The notes: a model not told the origin generated them from the letters alone. A stretch of DNA of 64,000 nucleotides from Armatimonadota bacterium (GCA_039679675.1 JBDKUN010000056.1:32001-96000); one strand, 5' to 3'. Shown: positions 30,256 to 40,460, counted from the stretch's first letter. Program-made: numbers and translations.

Positions 30256-30753
30256 TCACCCGTTTTTTGCGCCCAGCCCCTTGAGGACCGCCGAATGTGC
30301 ATGGCAGATGCAGACCGCAAGCGCATCTGCGACATCATCCGGCTTGGGCTGCTTCGAAAGCCCCAGTATTTTCTGGACCATGAACTGTACCTGTTTCTTC
30401 TCAGCTCCGCCGTAGCCGACAACAGCCTGCTTAATCTCCATCGGAGTGTATTCCAGCGTCGGTATCTTCTTCTGCGCGGTGAGCAGCAGGACAACTCCCA
30501 CCGTCCGTCCGACGGAGAATGCTGTCGTCTCGTTTTTCGAGAAGAACAAACGTTCGGTAACTAGCACGTCAGGTTGATATTTGTCGATCAGCGCTTCTAC
30601 CTCGTTATAAATCGACATAAGCCTGTCCGGTGGAGAGGCTTTGGGGCTGGTCAAAATCGCACCGAAATCGACCGGATACGTGCGGTCACCTTCCTTTTTC
30701 ACTATCCCGTATCCGGTTGTAGCCGTGCCGGGATCGATTCCAAGTATGAGCAA
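30256..30753 (-). CDS. ruvC: Crossover junction endodeoxyribonuclease RuvC
   Basis: ILGIDPG..TGYG, EYTP..IK.AVVGYG.AEK.QV, DDVADALAV. Confidence 0.97.
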   Translation of the reverse strand: MLILGIDPGTATTGYGIVKKEGDRTYPVDFGAILTSPKASPPDRLMSIYNEVEALIDKYQPDVLVTERLFFSKNETTAFSVGRTVGVVLLLTAQKKIPTLEYTPMEIKQAVVGYGGAEKKQVQFMVQKILGLSKQPKPDDVADALAVCICHAHSAVLKGLGAKNG

Positions 30754-30896
30754 TTTACCGTAACTCCTTACAATTTATGGTACCATGAGGCGAACCTGCG
30801 GTCAAGCTGGCCGGCCCGTTTTTCGGAACGCTCCACATATCTGTCCTCTGCGTGGTAGAATAGTCGAGTCAGGATATTAGTGGAGATATAAGCCGT

Positions 30897-31913
30897 ATGA
30901 GGCGGGCGCGCAAAAAAACTTACTATTCATCTTTTGCAGAAAAGAGCAGGCCGGTGCTTTTGGTGATTTCCGGAGTGATGCTCGCTGCTATAACGTTATG
31001 TTACTGGACGCGGCACGACTCGGTCGCAGGGATGACGGTCTGGCCTGTCTGGGTATGGGCGCTTCCCGGCTTCCTTTGCGCGGAGTTCGGATGGAGCCGC
31101 CGAAAATGGCTTCCTACGCTGCTGCTCAGCATCGCATGGCTTGCAGTAGTGATTGGGTTTGGCGACACAAGAGGACTTATCAACAATAGGGAGTGGCCCA
31201 GCGAGGAATGGCAGATTGCTAAAAACCACAACGACGCTATAAGGGTAGTTACTGTCAACTGTGGTGTCGGCAACGATAAAGCCGCGGCTGAGGTGGATGA
31301 ATACGTCCCTGATATAGTGCTTTTTCAGGAGTCTCCGGCCAAACAATACGTAAGGGACGTTGCCCGCAAGCTCTACAAGCACAAGGCGGCGGTCGTATGG
31401 ACCAACGATACAGCCATTATCGCAAGAGGCCGTATATTATCATCCCAAAACAAGGACTCCTGGCTTACCGAAAGCCGGATAAGGCTTACCACCGGCAGAG
31501 AGGCGGTTGTCATGGATGTCCACCTGTCGCCGGTCGCGTTCCGCACGGACGTCTGGAAGTCCGATTACTGGAAATATATGTCCCATATGAGGAGAGTCCA
31601 CCAACATGAAATGGAATACGTGAAGGAGCGGATCGACAAGTTGGCCGATTCAGTGCCTGTTATTCTGGGAGGGGACTTCAATTCACCTGCGGGGGACGCC
31701 ATTTTCCGCACCATCAGCCCGAAGCTGCGCGATTCGTTCAGAGACGGCGGCAAGGGGTGGGGATGCACCCTGCCGAACAGCATACCCTTGATCAGGATCG
31801 ACCAGGTGTGGACGAACGATTACCTCTATGCCGCATCCGTCGTATCAAAGCAAACGGATAACTCCGACCACAGGATGGTGGTATGCGACCTCCTGATGCG
31901 GGCAGGGAGTTAG
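30897..31913 (+). CDS. Membrane-anchored endonuclease/exonuclease/phosphatase family protein
   Basis: N-terminal TMs; PDIVLFQE, GGDFN, RIDQVW, SDH. Confidence 0.88.
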   Translation: MRRARKKTYYSSFAEKSRPVLLVISGVMLAAITLCYWTRHDSVAGMTVWPVWVWALPGFLCAEFGWSRRKWLPTLLLSIAWLAVVIGFGDTRGLINNREWPSEEWQIAKNHNDAIRVVTVNCGVGNDKAAAEVDEYVPDIVLFQESPAKQYVRDVARKLYKHKAAVVWTNDTAIIARGRILSSQNKDSWLTESRIRLTTGREAVVMDVHLSPVAFRTDVWKSDYWKYMSHMRRVHQHEMEYVKERIDKLADSVPVILGGDFNSPAGDAIFRTISPKLRDSFRDGGKGWGCTLPNSIPLIRIDQVWTNDYLYAASVVSKQTDNSDHRMVVCDLLMRAGS

Positions 31914-31984
31914 CTCCTGGCAGCGCAGATACCTCATTTATCTCTCCGGTATGGATCTGCAATCCATACCGAAGAGGCTGATAG

Positions 31985-33568
31985 CTATTCTTTTACAAGC
32001 ACCGTATCTTTCTTGCAGTGTTCGTCGTCCAGGTCGGGATAATCAAGGTTGTAGTTCAACCCTCTGCTCTCTTTACGGTCGAGCGCGGAGAGGACGATCA
32101 GTTCTGCTGCCTGCGCCAGGTTCCTGAGTTCCAGAAGCTCAGGAGTGAGCCTGCAGTGCTCATACATCTCCCCTGCTTCGTACAGGATGTACCGAACGTG
32201 CGTCAGCGCCTTGTTCAACCTCTCGTCAGTGCGGACGATGCCGACGTACTTCCACATCACCGTCTGCAGCTTTACGGTCAGCTCTTGTATGACATCCTTC
32301 GGAGCCTCGTCCTTATGCTGTTCCTCTGGGTAATCTGCTGCCGGTAGGCCGACGGCAGCTTCAGCGCTGCTCAAAAGTTTCCCTGCATCAGCCGCGGCGC
32401 GGTGAGCGAAGACTACGGCCTCAAGAAGCGAGTTCGATGCCAGTCTGTTCGCGCCATGAACGCCTGTGCATGCCACTTCGCCGCAGGCATAGAGCCTGTC
32501 CAGGCTGGTCCGGCCGTTTACATCCGTCAGGACGCCGCCGCAGGAGTAGTGCGCCGCTGGGACTATCGGAATCCAGTCTTTCGTTATGTCGATACCGACT
32601 GACAGGCACTTTTCGTAGATGTTCGGGAACCTTTCTTTGACCTTTTTGGCGTCGAGGTGGGTGACATCGAGGTACACGCACTCGTCGCCGCTCTTTTTCA
32701 GCTCCGCATCTATCGCCCTGGCAACTATGTCCCTCGGCGCAAGGCATCCCATCTCGTGATAGTTTTCCATGAACGTGCTTCCGTCCTGGAGCTTGAGGAC
32801 TCCGCCTTCGCCGCGGACTGCTTCGCTTATCAAGAACGAGCGGGCGCCGGGATGGCAGAGCGTCGTCGGGTGAAACTGGATGAACTCCATATTCGCGACC
32901 TTTGCGCCCGCGCGGTAGGCCATCGCAACCCCGTCGCCGGTCGCTATTTCAGGGTTCGTCGTGTGGAGATAGACCCTTCCGAGCCCGCCGGTGGCAAGCA
33001 TTACTACCTTCGCGGTTATGGTCGTCATATCGCCGGTGTCGGGGTCGAGGACATGCGCGCCGTAGCAGCGTGTGCCGTCCGATATGAGGTCGATGGCTAT
33101 GTGGTGCTCGAAAAGGCGGATATTCTCATCGCACTTTGTGCATGCTACCAGAGCACGCTCGATCTCCCTCCCGGTGAGGTCGGCGGAGTGAAGGATCCTT
33201 CGTCTGGAATGGCCGCCTTCCCGCCCAAGGGCAAGATGCAGCTTTCCTTTCGAGTCGCGTTCCTTGCTGAAACGGACTCCGAAGTCGATCAGCTCGCGGA
33301 TCCGTGAAGGTCCTTCCTTTACAAGGATATTCACGGCGTCTTCATGGCAGAGCCATGCGCCTGCGACAAGGGTGTCCCGGATGTGCAGGTCGAAGGAATC
33401 ATCCTCGGCCGTAACACCCGCGATTCCGCCCTGAGCATAGTTTGTATTGGAGTCAGTGTCGTTCTTCTTGGTAACTAGCGCCACCTTGCCATGCCGGCTT
33501 GCTTTGAGCGCAAAAGACAGCCCGGCTATTCCGCTGCCCAGCACCAGCACATCCACTTCCATTTTCAT
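31985..33568 (-). CDS. nadB: L-aspartate oxidase
   Basis: GSGIAG, AQGGIA, EGGHSRRR, QFHPT, GANRLASNSL; start at MKMEVD (33568). Confidence 0.96.
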   Translation of the reverse strand: MKMEVDVLVLGSGIAGLSFALKASRHGKVALVTKKNDTDSNTNYAQGGIAGVTAEDDSFDLHIRDTLVAGAWLCHEDAVNILVKEGPSRIRELIDFGVRFSKERDSKGKLHLALGREGGHSRRRILHSADLTGREIERALVACTKCDENIRLFEHHIAIDLISDGTRCYGAHVLDPDTGDMTTITAKVVMLATGGLGRVYLHTTNPEIATGDGVAMAYRAGAKVANMEFIQFHPTTLCHPGARSFLISEAVRGEGGVLKLQDGSTFMENYHEMGCLAPRDIVARAIDAELKKSGDECVYLDVTHLDAKKVKERFPNIYEKCLSVGIDITKDWIPIVPAAHYSCGGVLTDVNGRTSLDRLYACGEVACTGVHGANRLASNSLLEAVVFAHRAAADAGKLLSSAEAAVGLPAADYPEEQHKDEAPKDVIQELTVKLQTVMWKYVGIVRTDERLNKALTHVRYILYEAGEMYEHCRLTPELLELRNLAQAAELIVLSALDRKESRGLNYNLDYPDLDDEHCKKDTVLVKE

Positions 33569-33593
33569 ATAATCAAACTCCGTTGTCCACTCA

Positions 33594-34541
33594 TCAAGCA
33601 GCCCCCATACCGGTCGGGCCGAGGTCCTGACGGACCTTTGAAAGTATATTCTTTGCGCCTCTATCGAGCAATAGCTTCGCCGTGCGTTCGCCAAGTTCAG
33701 CAGCATCAGCGATATTTCCGCTTTCCTCTGCGCGGATAATCTCACTGCCATCCAGGCTCGCAACCAGCGTGTTAAGCGTCAAATTCTCCTCATTCGGAAC
33801 AGCAAACGCTGCTATCGGAACCTGGCAGCCGCCTCCGAGCACCGAAAGAAGCGCGCGTTCGGCAGTAACAGCGGCCCGCGTCCCCGGATCGTCCAGTTTT
33901 TCCACTATCCCGGCTGTGCGGGAGTCATTTTCCCTGATCTCTACCGCGAGCGCGCCCTGTCCTGCGGCCGGAAGGCATATCTCGTGCGGAAGCCGCTCGG
34001 CAATATCGCCATCCCACTTTAACCGATATAGACCGGCATACGCAAGGATGATGGCGTCGTAATCGCCGGATTTGAGTCTTCTGACACGGGTGTCGAGGTT
34101 GCCTCTCAAATCTTCAATTGTCAGATCGGGCCGTGCATGCAGGATCTGAGCTTTTCTGCGGAGGCTGGACGAACCTATTTTTGCGCCTGGCGGCAGGTCG
34201 AAAAGCCGACCCTTGTTCGAGAGAAGAACATCGCTTGGGTCAACGCGCGGAGGCACTGCACCGATTGCAAGCCCGCCGGTTATATCCGACGGCAGGTCTT
34301 TCATGCTGTGGACTGCCGCGTCTATCCGCCCTTCGGCAAGCGCAGACTCTATTTCCTTGACAAATAACCCCTTGTCCCCGATCTTGGAAAGCGGGGTATC
34401 GAGGATTTTATCGCCCGTGGTACGGATAATTTCTATCCGGGTGCGGACTCCTGGATTATTACGTTTTATCTCGTCGGCTACCCAGTTTGCCTGCGTAATC
34501 GCCAGCATACTCCCGCGAGTGCCGATCACGACTTCCACCAT
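33594..34541 (-). CDS. hemC: Hydroxymethylbilane synthase
   Basis: GTRGS.LA, GDKGLFVKE, AVHSMKD, SSLRR, RGNLDTR, GGGCQVP. Confidence 0.97.
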   Translation of the reverse strand: MVEVVIGTRGSMLAITQANWVADEIKRNNPGVRTRIEIIRTTGDKILDTPLSKIGDKGLFVKEIESALAEGRIDAAVHSMKDLPSDITGGLAIGAVPPRVDPSDVLLSNKGRLFDLPPGAKIGSSSLRRKAQILHARPDLTIEDLRGNLDTRVRRLKSGDYDAIILAYAGLYRLKWDGDIAERLPHEICLPAAGQGALAVEIRENDSRTAGIVEKLDDPGTRAAVTAERALLSVLGGGCQVPIAAFAVPNEENLTLNTLVASLDGSEIIRAEESGNIADAAELGERTAKLLLDRGAKNILSKVRQDLGPTGMGAA

Positions 34542-34662
34542 AATTGATATTATAGCACGTTACGGAGCATACGGCACTTTTATGCGTCTTCCGCTGGAGG
34601 AATTGGGGCGTTTTCAGCAGAAGTGGTTTCCGGCAGTACAAGTAAAGTAGAAAGGCATCATT

Positions 34663-35586
34663 ATGAAAGAACCTTTTGAGATAGCACAAAACGTAAAATC
34701 AGCACTTAACCGGAACGCGCCGGTGATCGCGCTCGAATCGACGGTCATAGCGCACGGTCTGCCGGGCAATGCAGGAGTCAAGGCAGCACTTTCGATGGTC
34801 CGTGAGGCGGACAAAGAAGGCTGTGTAGCCGCTGTGATAGGCATAGTGGAAGGTAAGGTCAAAATAGGGCTTACCGAAGAGGAAATCGTCCGATTTGCGC
34901 ATTCCGGCGATGCCCTGAAGGTCTCGACAAGGGAGATCGCCCCGACGATTGTCTCTAAATGTGACGGAGCAACCACGGTTGCAGCTACGGCCTATATCGC
35001 CGCAAACGCCGGGATTTCCGTTATGGCTACAGGAGGGATCGGCGGGGTCCATCGCGGAGCGTCCGAGAGCTGGGACATTTCCGCCGACCTGTGGGAACTC
35101 GTCAAAACACCCTCTATAGTCGTCTGCTCCGGCCCGAAAGCCGTGCTCGACCTCGGTTTGACACTCGAATGGCTGGAGACACACCAGGTCCCGGTCTACG
35201 GTTATGGAACCGATGAACTGCCTGCGTTCTACAGCCCCCATTCAGGGCTGAAAGTGCCGAAACTGGACTCTCCTAAAGAAGTTTTGGAGCTTTATACGGC
35301 CAGGCTTGGAGTCGGGCAGAAGAGCGGAATGGTAATCGCTGCGCCTATCCCGGAGAAAGACGCCATAGATGTTCAGGAATCGATAGATCAGGCGATAAAA
35401 TCGGCGAAAGAGGAAGGCATTTTCGGCCCGGCGCTGACCCCGTGGCTCCTCAAGAAGATTCAGGAGAGCTATGGAGAAAAAGCGGTCGATGCAAATGTTG
35501 CGCTCCTCATCAACAACGCCCGGATAGCCGCAAAGATCGCAGTCGAGCTTTGCAGCAATAGGGACAAGCACATAGGGTTCCATTAG
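34663..35586 (+). CDS. psuG: Pseudouridine-5'-phosphate glycosidase
   Basis: ALESTVIAHGLP, GATTVA, ATGGIGGVHRG, DISADL. Confidence 0.93.
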   Translation: MKEPFEIAQNVKSALNRNAPVIALESTVIAHGLPGNAGVKAALSMVREADKEGCVAAVIGIVEGKVKIGLTEEEIVRFAHSGDALKVSTREIAPTIVSKCDGATTVAATAYIAANAGISVMATGGIGGVHRGASESWDISADLWELVKTPSIVVCSGPKAVLDLGLTLEWLETHQVPVYGYGTDELPAFYSPHSGLKVPKLDSPKEVLELYTARLGVGQKSGMVIAAPIPEKDAIDVQESIDQAIKSAKEEGIFGPALTPWLLKKIQESYGEKAVDANVALLINNARIAAKIAVELCSNRDKHIGFH

Positions 35587-36279
35587 GGAGCGTTTTACGA
35601 GGATCGTGAGTAATAACAGGTTGGCGGGGGATCAATATCGGTGTTGGGGTGTAGAACCATCACTCACTTATTGTGCATCTGGTGATCGGATTCCCGTAGC
35701 GCAGCAATTCTCTTACAATTCAATCAGCTCCTGCATTCTGCTGATAATGCTGCTCCACGGACCTTGCTGTATCTCGGCGTCAAAACCTTCAGCAATGCAC
35801 TCAAATGTGGAATCGTGAAAGGCGAAGACAAAATGCCTCTTCTCGTCCATAAAACGTGCTGGATCATGGTTAGGATGGATGGCATTCATTCTCTCAAGGC
35901 AACGTAGCCAAGAGGAATTTCTAACTTCATACACGCCATATGGCTTGAGGCCACGACTATACAGAGGATGGCCATTGAAAGTCTCGTCATTTGGTGGTCC
36001 AAACATGTGCGCGTAGCAGTGACGAAACACGACAATAGCAATAGGTTCATATTGGCTGTCTTGTCCGATAGATTTGCCAGCGTATAGATAATAGGCAATT
36101 GCTACACCATAGTCGGTGGCAAGCACGATTGGCATCGGCGCACCCAAAGTTGCCTTTGGTATCTGGTCCAGCTCAACTACACGATCAAGATCATCGACTT
36201 GGTACATCTGCTGCCTCCCAAGAATTGCCTGAATAATAGCATATAGTCACTTGATGGACAAGCACATAGGGTTCCATTA
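35562..36279. repeat. 24-bp direct repeat (35562-35585; 36256-36279) flanking a one-gene insert
   Basis: GGACAAGCACATAGGGTTCCATTA identical in both copies; first copy is the psuG 3' end. Confidence 0.85.
35713..36207 (-). CDS. Hypothetical protein (FGPPNDE..GHPLY..GL..HF.F.FHDSTFEC)
   Basis: 164-aa ORF, SD GGAGG, motif-rich; function unknown. Confidence 0.8.
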   Translation of the reverse strand: MYQVDDLDRVVELDQIPKATLGAPMPIVLATDYGVAIAYYLYAGKSIGQDSQYEPIAIVVFRHCYAHMFGPPNDETFNGHPLYSRGLKPYGVYEVRNSSWLRCLERMNAIHPNHDPARFMDEKRHFVFAFHDSTFECIAEGFDAEIQQGPWSSIISRMQELIEL

Positions 36280-36300
36280 AGGGAAGCGGCAAGATAATGT

Positions 36301-36330
36301 GTGACATCTGCAGTACACCATGGTATACTG
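36301..36330 (+). promoter_or_regulatory. Sigma70 promoter with overlapping palindromic operator
   Basis: GTGACA-N17-TATACT; palindrome CAGTACACCATGGTATACTG (36311-36330). Confidence 0.65.
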
Positions 36331-36349
36331 TGGATGGAGGAAATTAGCC

Positions 36350-36652
36350 ATGCCAGTAGTACGCACAAAATCCGAGAGCTTGAGCTGCAGAGTTTCCCCT
36401 GAGCACAAGCAGATGATCGAACAAGCTGCAAGGGCAGCGGGGTTTACTCTGTCTGATTTCATTATCCATGCATTGGTATCTGCTGCATCCGAGGTGGTGC
36501 ATGAAGAACAGGTAATCCGGCTGACCAAGAATGAGTGGGATAGGTTTACCGCGTCCCTGGAGCGGCCAGTGCGTGAACCGAGCGAAGCCGCCAGGAAAGC
36601 AGCCGATATATTCAGGCAGGGCCGTGATGAAGGCGACAGGCAGGTATGGTAG
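36350..36652 (+). CDS. RHH antitoxin, DUF1778 (TacA/AtaR family)
   Basis: RVSPEHKQMIEQAA..LSDFI..AA; SD GGAGG before ATG 36350. Confidence 0.9.
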   Translation: MPVVRTKSESLSCRVSPEHKQMIEQAARAAGFTLSDFIIHALVSAASEVVHEEQVIRLTKNEWDRFTASLERPVREPSEAARKAADIFRQGRDEGDRQVW

Positions 36653-37185
36653 CGTCTCCGACTCCACTTGTCATCGAGCGTTTGGACAAGACGGTCCACG
36701 ACAGACGTGATTTCGATTGCGGAGAGCCCAGCCTGAATGACTACCTCAAATTTACTGCGCGGCAGCATATGGACAAAGGCTACGCGCAGGTTTGGGTAGC
36801 TGTCTCCGAGCCTGGATCTCTGCAGATAATTGGTTATTATACACTCTCCATGAGCGCGCTTCAGCCTGAAGAAGTGCCGGGTAAGGTGTCGATAAAGAAA
36901 ATTTCTGTGGTCTTGCTTGGGCGGCTTGCCGTCGATAACCGGTACAAGGGACAGAAGGTCGGCCTGCGGCTTCTCTTCCACGCACAGAGGAGTGCTCTTC
37001 TGCTGTCGAGAAAAGTAGGAGTCCATGCGCTTGTCGTTGACGCTCTTGATGAGCAGGCTGCAGCTTTCTATCAGAAATACGATTTCGAGGAACTTATTAC
37101 CGGTCCACTGCATCTTTACAAAACGATCAAGGACATCGCAGCACTGAATCTTGTCGACGGCATATCGTTCGGCAGGACCGTGTAG
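36646..37185 (+). CDS. GNAT acetyltransferase toxin (TacT/AtaT family)
   Basis: FDCGEPSLNDYL, IGYYTL, LLGRLAVD..GQKVG, VDA..AAAFY. Confidence 0.92.
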   Translation: MVASPTPLVIERLDKTVHDRRDFDCGEPSLNDYLKFTARQHMDKGYAQVWVAVSEPGSLQIIGYYTLSMSALQPEEVPGKVSIKKISVVLLGRLAVDNRYKGQKVGLRLLFHAQRSALLLSRKVGVHALVVDALDEQAAAFYQKYDFEELITGPLHLYKTIKDIAALNLVDGISFGRTV

Positions 37186-37205
37186 AAGAAAGAGATTTAC
37201 CGCCG

Positions 37206-38573
37206 ATGTTTCGAAGAAAATACTTTTGGATTATGATCGCCGGGTTGATGCTGCCTGCGGTGGTTGTCCATTCTCAGGCAGTCAGCGCCCACCAGGCAAC
37301 GGCCGAGGAGTTGATCCTTCCGGTGCTCTTCGGGGTTGCAGTCATCCTCGTAGCGGCAAAACTCGGAGCAGATCTGTTCGTTCGGATCGGCCAGCCTCCA
37401 GTACTCGGCGAGCTGATAATCGGCGTCATAATCGGGAACCTGGGGCTTGTCGGACTGAACGCATTGGGATTCATCAAAGGCAATGAGATCATAAATAGCC
37501 TTTCGGAACTTGGCATTATCCTGCTTCTCTTTTCGGTCGGGTTGGAGTCGAACGTCGAAGAGATGTTCTCAGTCGGACTTTCATCTCTTCTGGTAGCCAC
37601 TATCGGAGTTGCTGTCCCTTTCTTTCTCGGCTGGGGTGTTGCTGCGGCCTTCTTCCCGAACGAATCGGTCTACGCTCACGTTTTTATCGGAGCGACTTTG
37701 TGCGCAACAAGCGTGGGCATTACCGCAAGGGTCCTGAAAGACCTGGGCAAAGTCCATTTGAAAGAGTCCAAGATCATCCTGGGAGCCGCTGTCATAGATG
37801 ACATCCAGGGGCTGGTAATCCTGGCCGTTGTGCAGGGGATCATCCTCGCAGCCGGCAAAGGCGGCGGAGTATCGGCTGGCGGCGTAGGCTGGATTATCGG
37901 CAAAGCCGTATTATTCCTGGTGGGAAGCATCGTGCTGGGGAGGTATTTGTCTCCCAGAGTCTTCAAGATTGCATCAATGCTCCGCGCCAGAGGTATACTG
38001 CTTGCGCTGGCTCTTTCGTTCTGCTTCATTATGGCGTGGATTGCCGGACAGATCCATCTTGCTCCTATAGTCGGCGCATTTACAGCAGGTCTTTTACTCG
38101 AAGAGGTCCATTATGAGGACTTTATCAGCAGAGGCGAGCATACACTGACCGAACTGATCGAGCCGATTGCAGATTTTCTGGTACCGATATTCTTCGTGCT
38201 GATGGGTATCAAGGTTCAATTGGCTGGTATCGCACGGGTGGGAGTTTTGGGTTTCGCTGCTGTGCTCACAGCAGCTGCAATCATCGGCAAGCTGGCTTGT
38301 TCCGCGGGGATAGTGGAAAAAGGGCTGGACCGCTTGTCTGTCAGCCTGGGGATGATACCGCGTGGAGAAGTCGGGCTTATATTCGCCGCGATAGGCTCGC
38401 GGCTGGTGATCGGTGATCATCCGGTTATCCCACCTGATATTTTTTCCGCTATCATTATAATGGTGATAATCACGACTTTCATTACGCCTCCAATGCTCAG
38501 GTGGTCGCTTACCAGAAGCACAGGCAGGGAAAGCTGCGAAATAGCGCCAAGACTCCCCGGTGCATCCAAATAA
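37206..38573 (+). CDS. Cation:proton antiporter (CPA2)
   Basis: GQPPVLGEL, ATSVGIT, AAVIDDI, MIPRGEVG. Confidence 0.92.
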   Translation: MFRRKYFWIMIAGLMLPAVVVHSQAVSAHQATAEELILPVLFGVAVILVAAKLGADLFVRIGQPPVLGELIIGVIIGNLGLVGLNALGFIKGNEIINSLSELGIILLLFSVGLESNVEEMFSVGLSSLLVATIGVAVPFFLGWGVAAAFFPNESVYAHVFIGATLCATSVGITARVLKDLGKVHLKESKIILGAAVIDDIQGLVILAVVQGIILAAGKGGGVSAGGVGWIIGKAVLFLVGSIVLGRYLSPRVFKIASMLRARGILLALALSFCFIMAWIAGQIHLAPIVGAFTAGLLLEEVHYEDFISRGEHTLTELIEPIADFLVPIFFVLMGIKVQLAGIARVGVLGFAAVLTAAAIIGKLACSAGIVEKGLDRLSVSLGMIPRGEVGLIFAAIGSRLVIGDHPVIPPDIFSAIIIMVIITTFITPPMLRWSLTRSTGRESCEIAPRLPGASK

Positions 38574-38597
38574 CGCCCTCGAAAGGTAATCGATTCC

Positions 38598-40208
38598 ATG
38601 AAAATGGTTAAGACTATACATATTCATCTTCCGAATGAGACCAGCCGGATAACGGACAACGTAGCCGCAATACTCGCTCGCAGGATAGAAGAACGTTCTG
38701 GTGTATGGGTAGTAAATGACAGTACAGGCGATTTTCAGGTTTATCTTGAGGTCGAACAGGGCGTTGGGCCGGAAGGCTACACCATATCGGATGTTCCTGA
38801 TGGTGGAATCAGGATAACCGGCAATGATGAGCGCGGGCTGCTTTATGGAGTCGGCAAATTCCTCAGGACTTCGCAATACTGCGAGGGCGGTTTCGGCCCG
38901 GGCAAGTGGCGGGGAAGCTCCAAACCTGATTGCCCCGTCCGCGGGATATACTTCGCTGTACACTTCAACAATTTTTACGAGGCGGCATCTGATGCCGAGG
39001 TCGAGCGTTATTTGGAAGACCTTGCGCTGTGGGGGCTGAACGCCGTAGCCTGTCATTTCCCGCCGCAGCAGTTCGACGGCCTGGATGATCCGGGCGCAAA
39101 GCACAACATAGAACGGATACGCTCGATTTTTCTTGCCGCAAAGCGCATCGGGCTGCAGGTAGGGCTTCTGGAGACCATCAATATCGGCTTCAAGTCCGCT
39201 CCGAAGCAGATTTATTACACTCCGTTTCCCGATGACCTGGGCAGGAGGGGAAACCTGGGGACTTTGCTGTGCCCCGGCAACCCGGAGGGGCGCGATTACC
39301 TGCTTCGGCAGTGGGGCGGACTAATGGATGAGTTCCGAGACATCGAGCTGGATTTTTTCGAGTCATGGCCTTATGACGAAGGTGGCTGCGGCTGTGAGAA
39401 GTGCTGGCCCTGGGGCGAAAAGGGGTTTCTGAGTATCTCAAAGGAAGTTGCAGATCTCTTCCGCAGTAAATATCCATCCGGCAGGGTTATCCTTTCCACA
39501 TGGATGTATGATACTCCTGACGCAGGGGAATGGGACGGGCTGAGTAAGTACATGGCGGAAGATGGGGGCTGGATCGATTACATCATGGCGGATGCCCATG
39601 AAGACTTTCCCCGCTATCCATTGGACAACGCCGTACCCGGCGACCGTCCGTTGCTCAATTTCCCCGAAATCAGTATGTGGGGCATACTGCCGTGGGGCGG
39701 TTATGGCGCCAATCCTCTCCCGGACAGGTTTCAGCGGCTTTGGAACCAGGCAGCGCATAAACTTTCGGGCGGGTTTCCATATTCGGAAGGTATTTCCGAG
39801 GATATAAACAAAGTGCTGTGCTTCCAGTTTTATTGGGAAAAGAAAAGGCCCGCAGAGGACATCCTGAAGGAATATATCTTGTTCGAAGCCTCGCCGAATG
39901 CTGCGGATGCTGTGCTGGAAGCTGTTCGGATACTGGAAGCGAACCATCACCGCGACAAAATAGGCGAGAGCGCTGTCCAAGCCTGCGAACTTATGGAAAA
40001 TGTCGACAAAATGTTGACTGTGCAGGCGCGGCGGGCATGGCGCTGGCGAATCCTCTTCTTGCGGGCTCAGATTGACCGCGAGCTTTACAGGAACGGTGGG
40101 GAACATCGGGGCCCTGTTCTTGCGAAGGCATTCAACGAGCTGGCTGAAATATACCACGCGCAGAATGCATTCGATGTCGTGCGGCCACCGAAAGCCGAGC
40201 TGGTATAA
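38598..40208 (+). CDS. Putative glycoside hydrolase-like protein with GH20/GH67-type N-terminal domain
   Basis: PEGYTI..ITGNDERGLLYGVG..P..PVRG then TIM-barrel-like region (WPYDEGGC). Confidence 0.55.
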   Translation: MKMVKTIHIHLPNETSRITDNVAAILARRIEERSGVWVVNDSTGDFQVYLEVEQGVGPEGYTISDVPDGGIRITGNDERGLLYGVGKFLRTSQYCEGGFGPGKWRGSSKPDCPVRGIYFAVHFNNFYEAASDAEVERYLEDLALWGLNAVACHFPPQQFDGLDDPGAKHNIERIRSIFLAAKRIGLQVGLLETINIGFKSAPKQIYYTPFPDDLGRRGNLGTLLCPGNPEGRDYLLRQWGGLMDEFRDIELDFFESWPYDEGGCGCEKCWPWGEKGFLSISKEVADLFRSKYPSGRVILSTWMYDTPDAGEWDGLSKYMAEDGGWIDYIMADAHEDFPRYPLDNAVPGDRPLLNFPEISMWGILPWGGYGANPLPDRFQRLWNQAAHKLSGGFPYSEGISEDINKVLCFQFYWEKKRPAEDILKEYILFEASPNAADAVLEAVRILEANHHRDKIGESAVQACELMENVDKMLTVQARRAWRWRILFLRAQIDRELYRNGGEHRGPVLAKAFNELAEIYHAQNAFDVVRPPKAELV

Positions 40209-40299
40209 TCACCTGAAACCCGGTATTTTTTTCGTTTGAATGCCACATTAAGCACTTATTGATAAATTCCACAGGCTAAGCTCATCAGCACCAATTGAA

Positions 40300-40315
40300 T
40301 GGCATACTTTTTGCA
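40300..40315 (+). promoter_or_regulatory. Sigma54 promoter
   Basis: TGGCAT-ACTTT-TTGCA (GG-N10-GC). Confidence 0.75.
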
Positions 40316-40460
40316 ATAATGGGTAATTGGAGAAAGTATTTCAAGAATAGCGCATTCCGAACAAAAGTTGCCACCGGCGCGGCGCCGTGGCACAAATAGA
40401 GCAAGCCTGATGATGGAACGGGCAGTTCTTGCAAAGAGTGTAGTTGGAGGCTCCTGCAGG

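Noticed and set aside
31942..31976. Hairpin CGGTATGGAT/ATCCATACCG as a novel element
   Set aside because: Adequately explained as a terminator-like stem between convergent genes
35600..35712. Possible integron attC after the inserted gene (CCCCAAC...GTTATTA on the minus strand)
   Set aside because: Too short, with no convincing L-box pairing; no integron integrase
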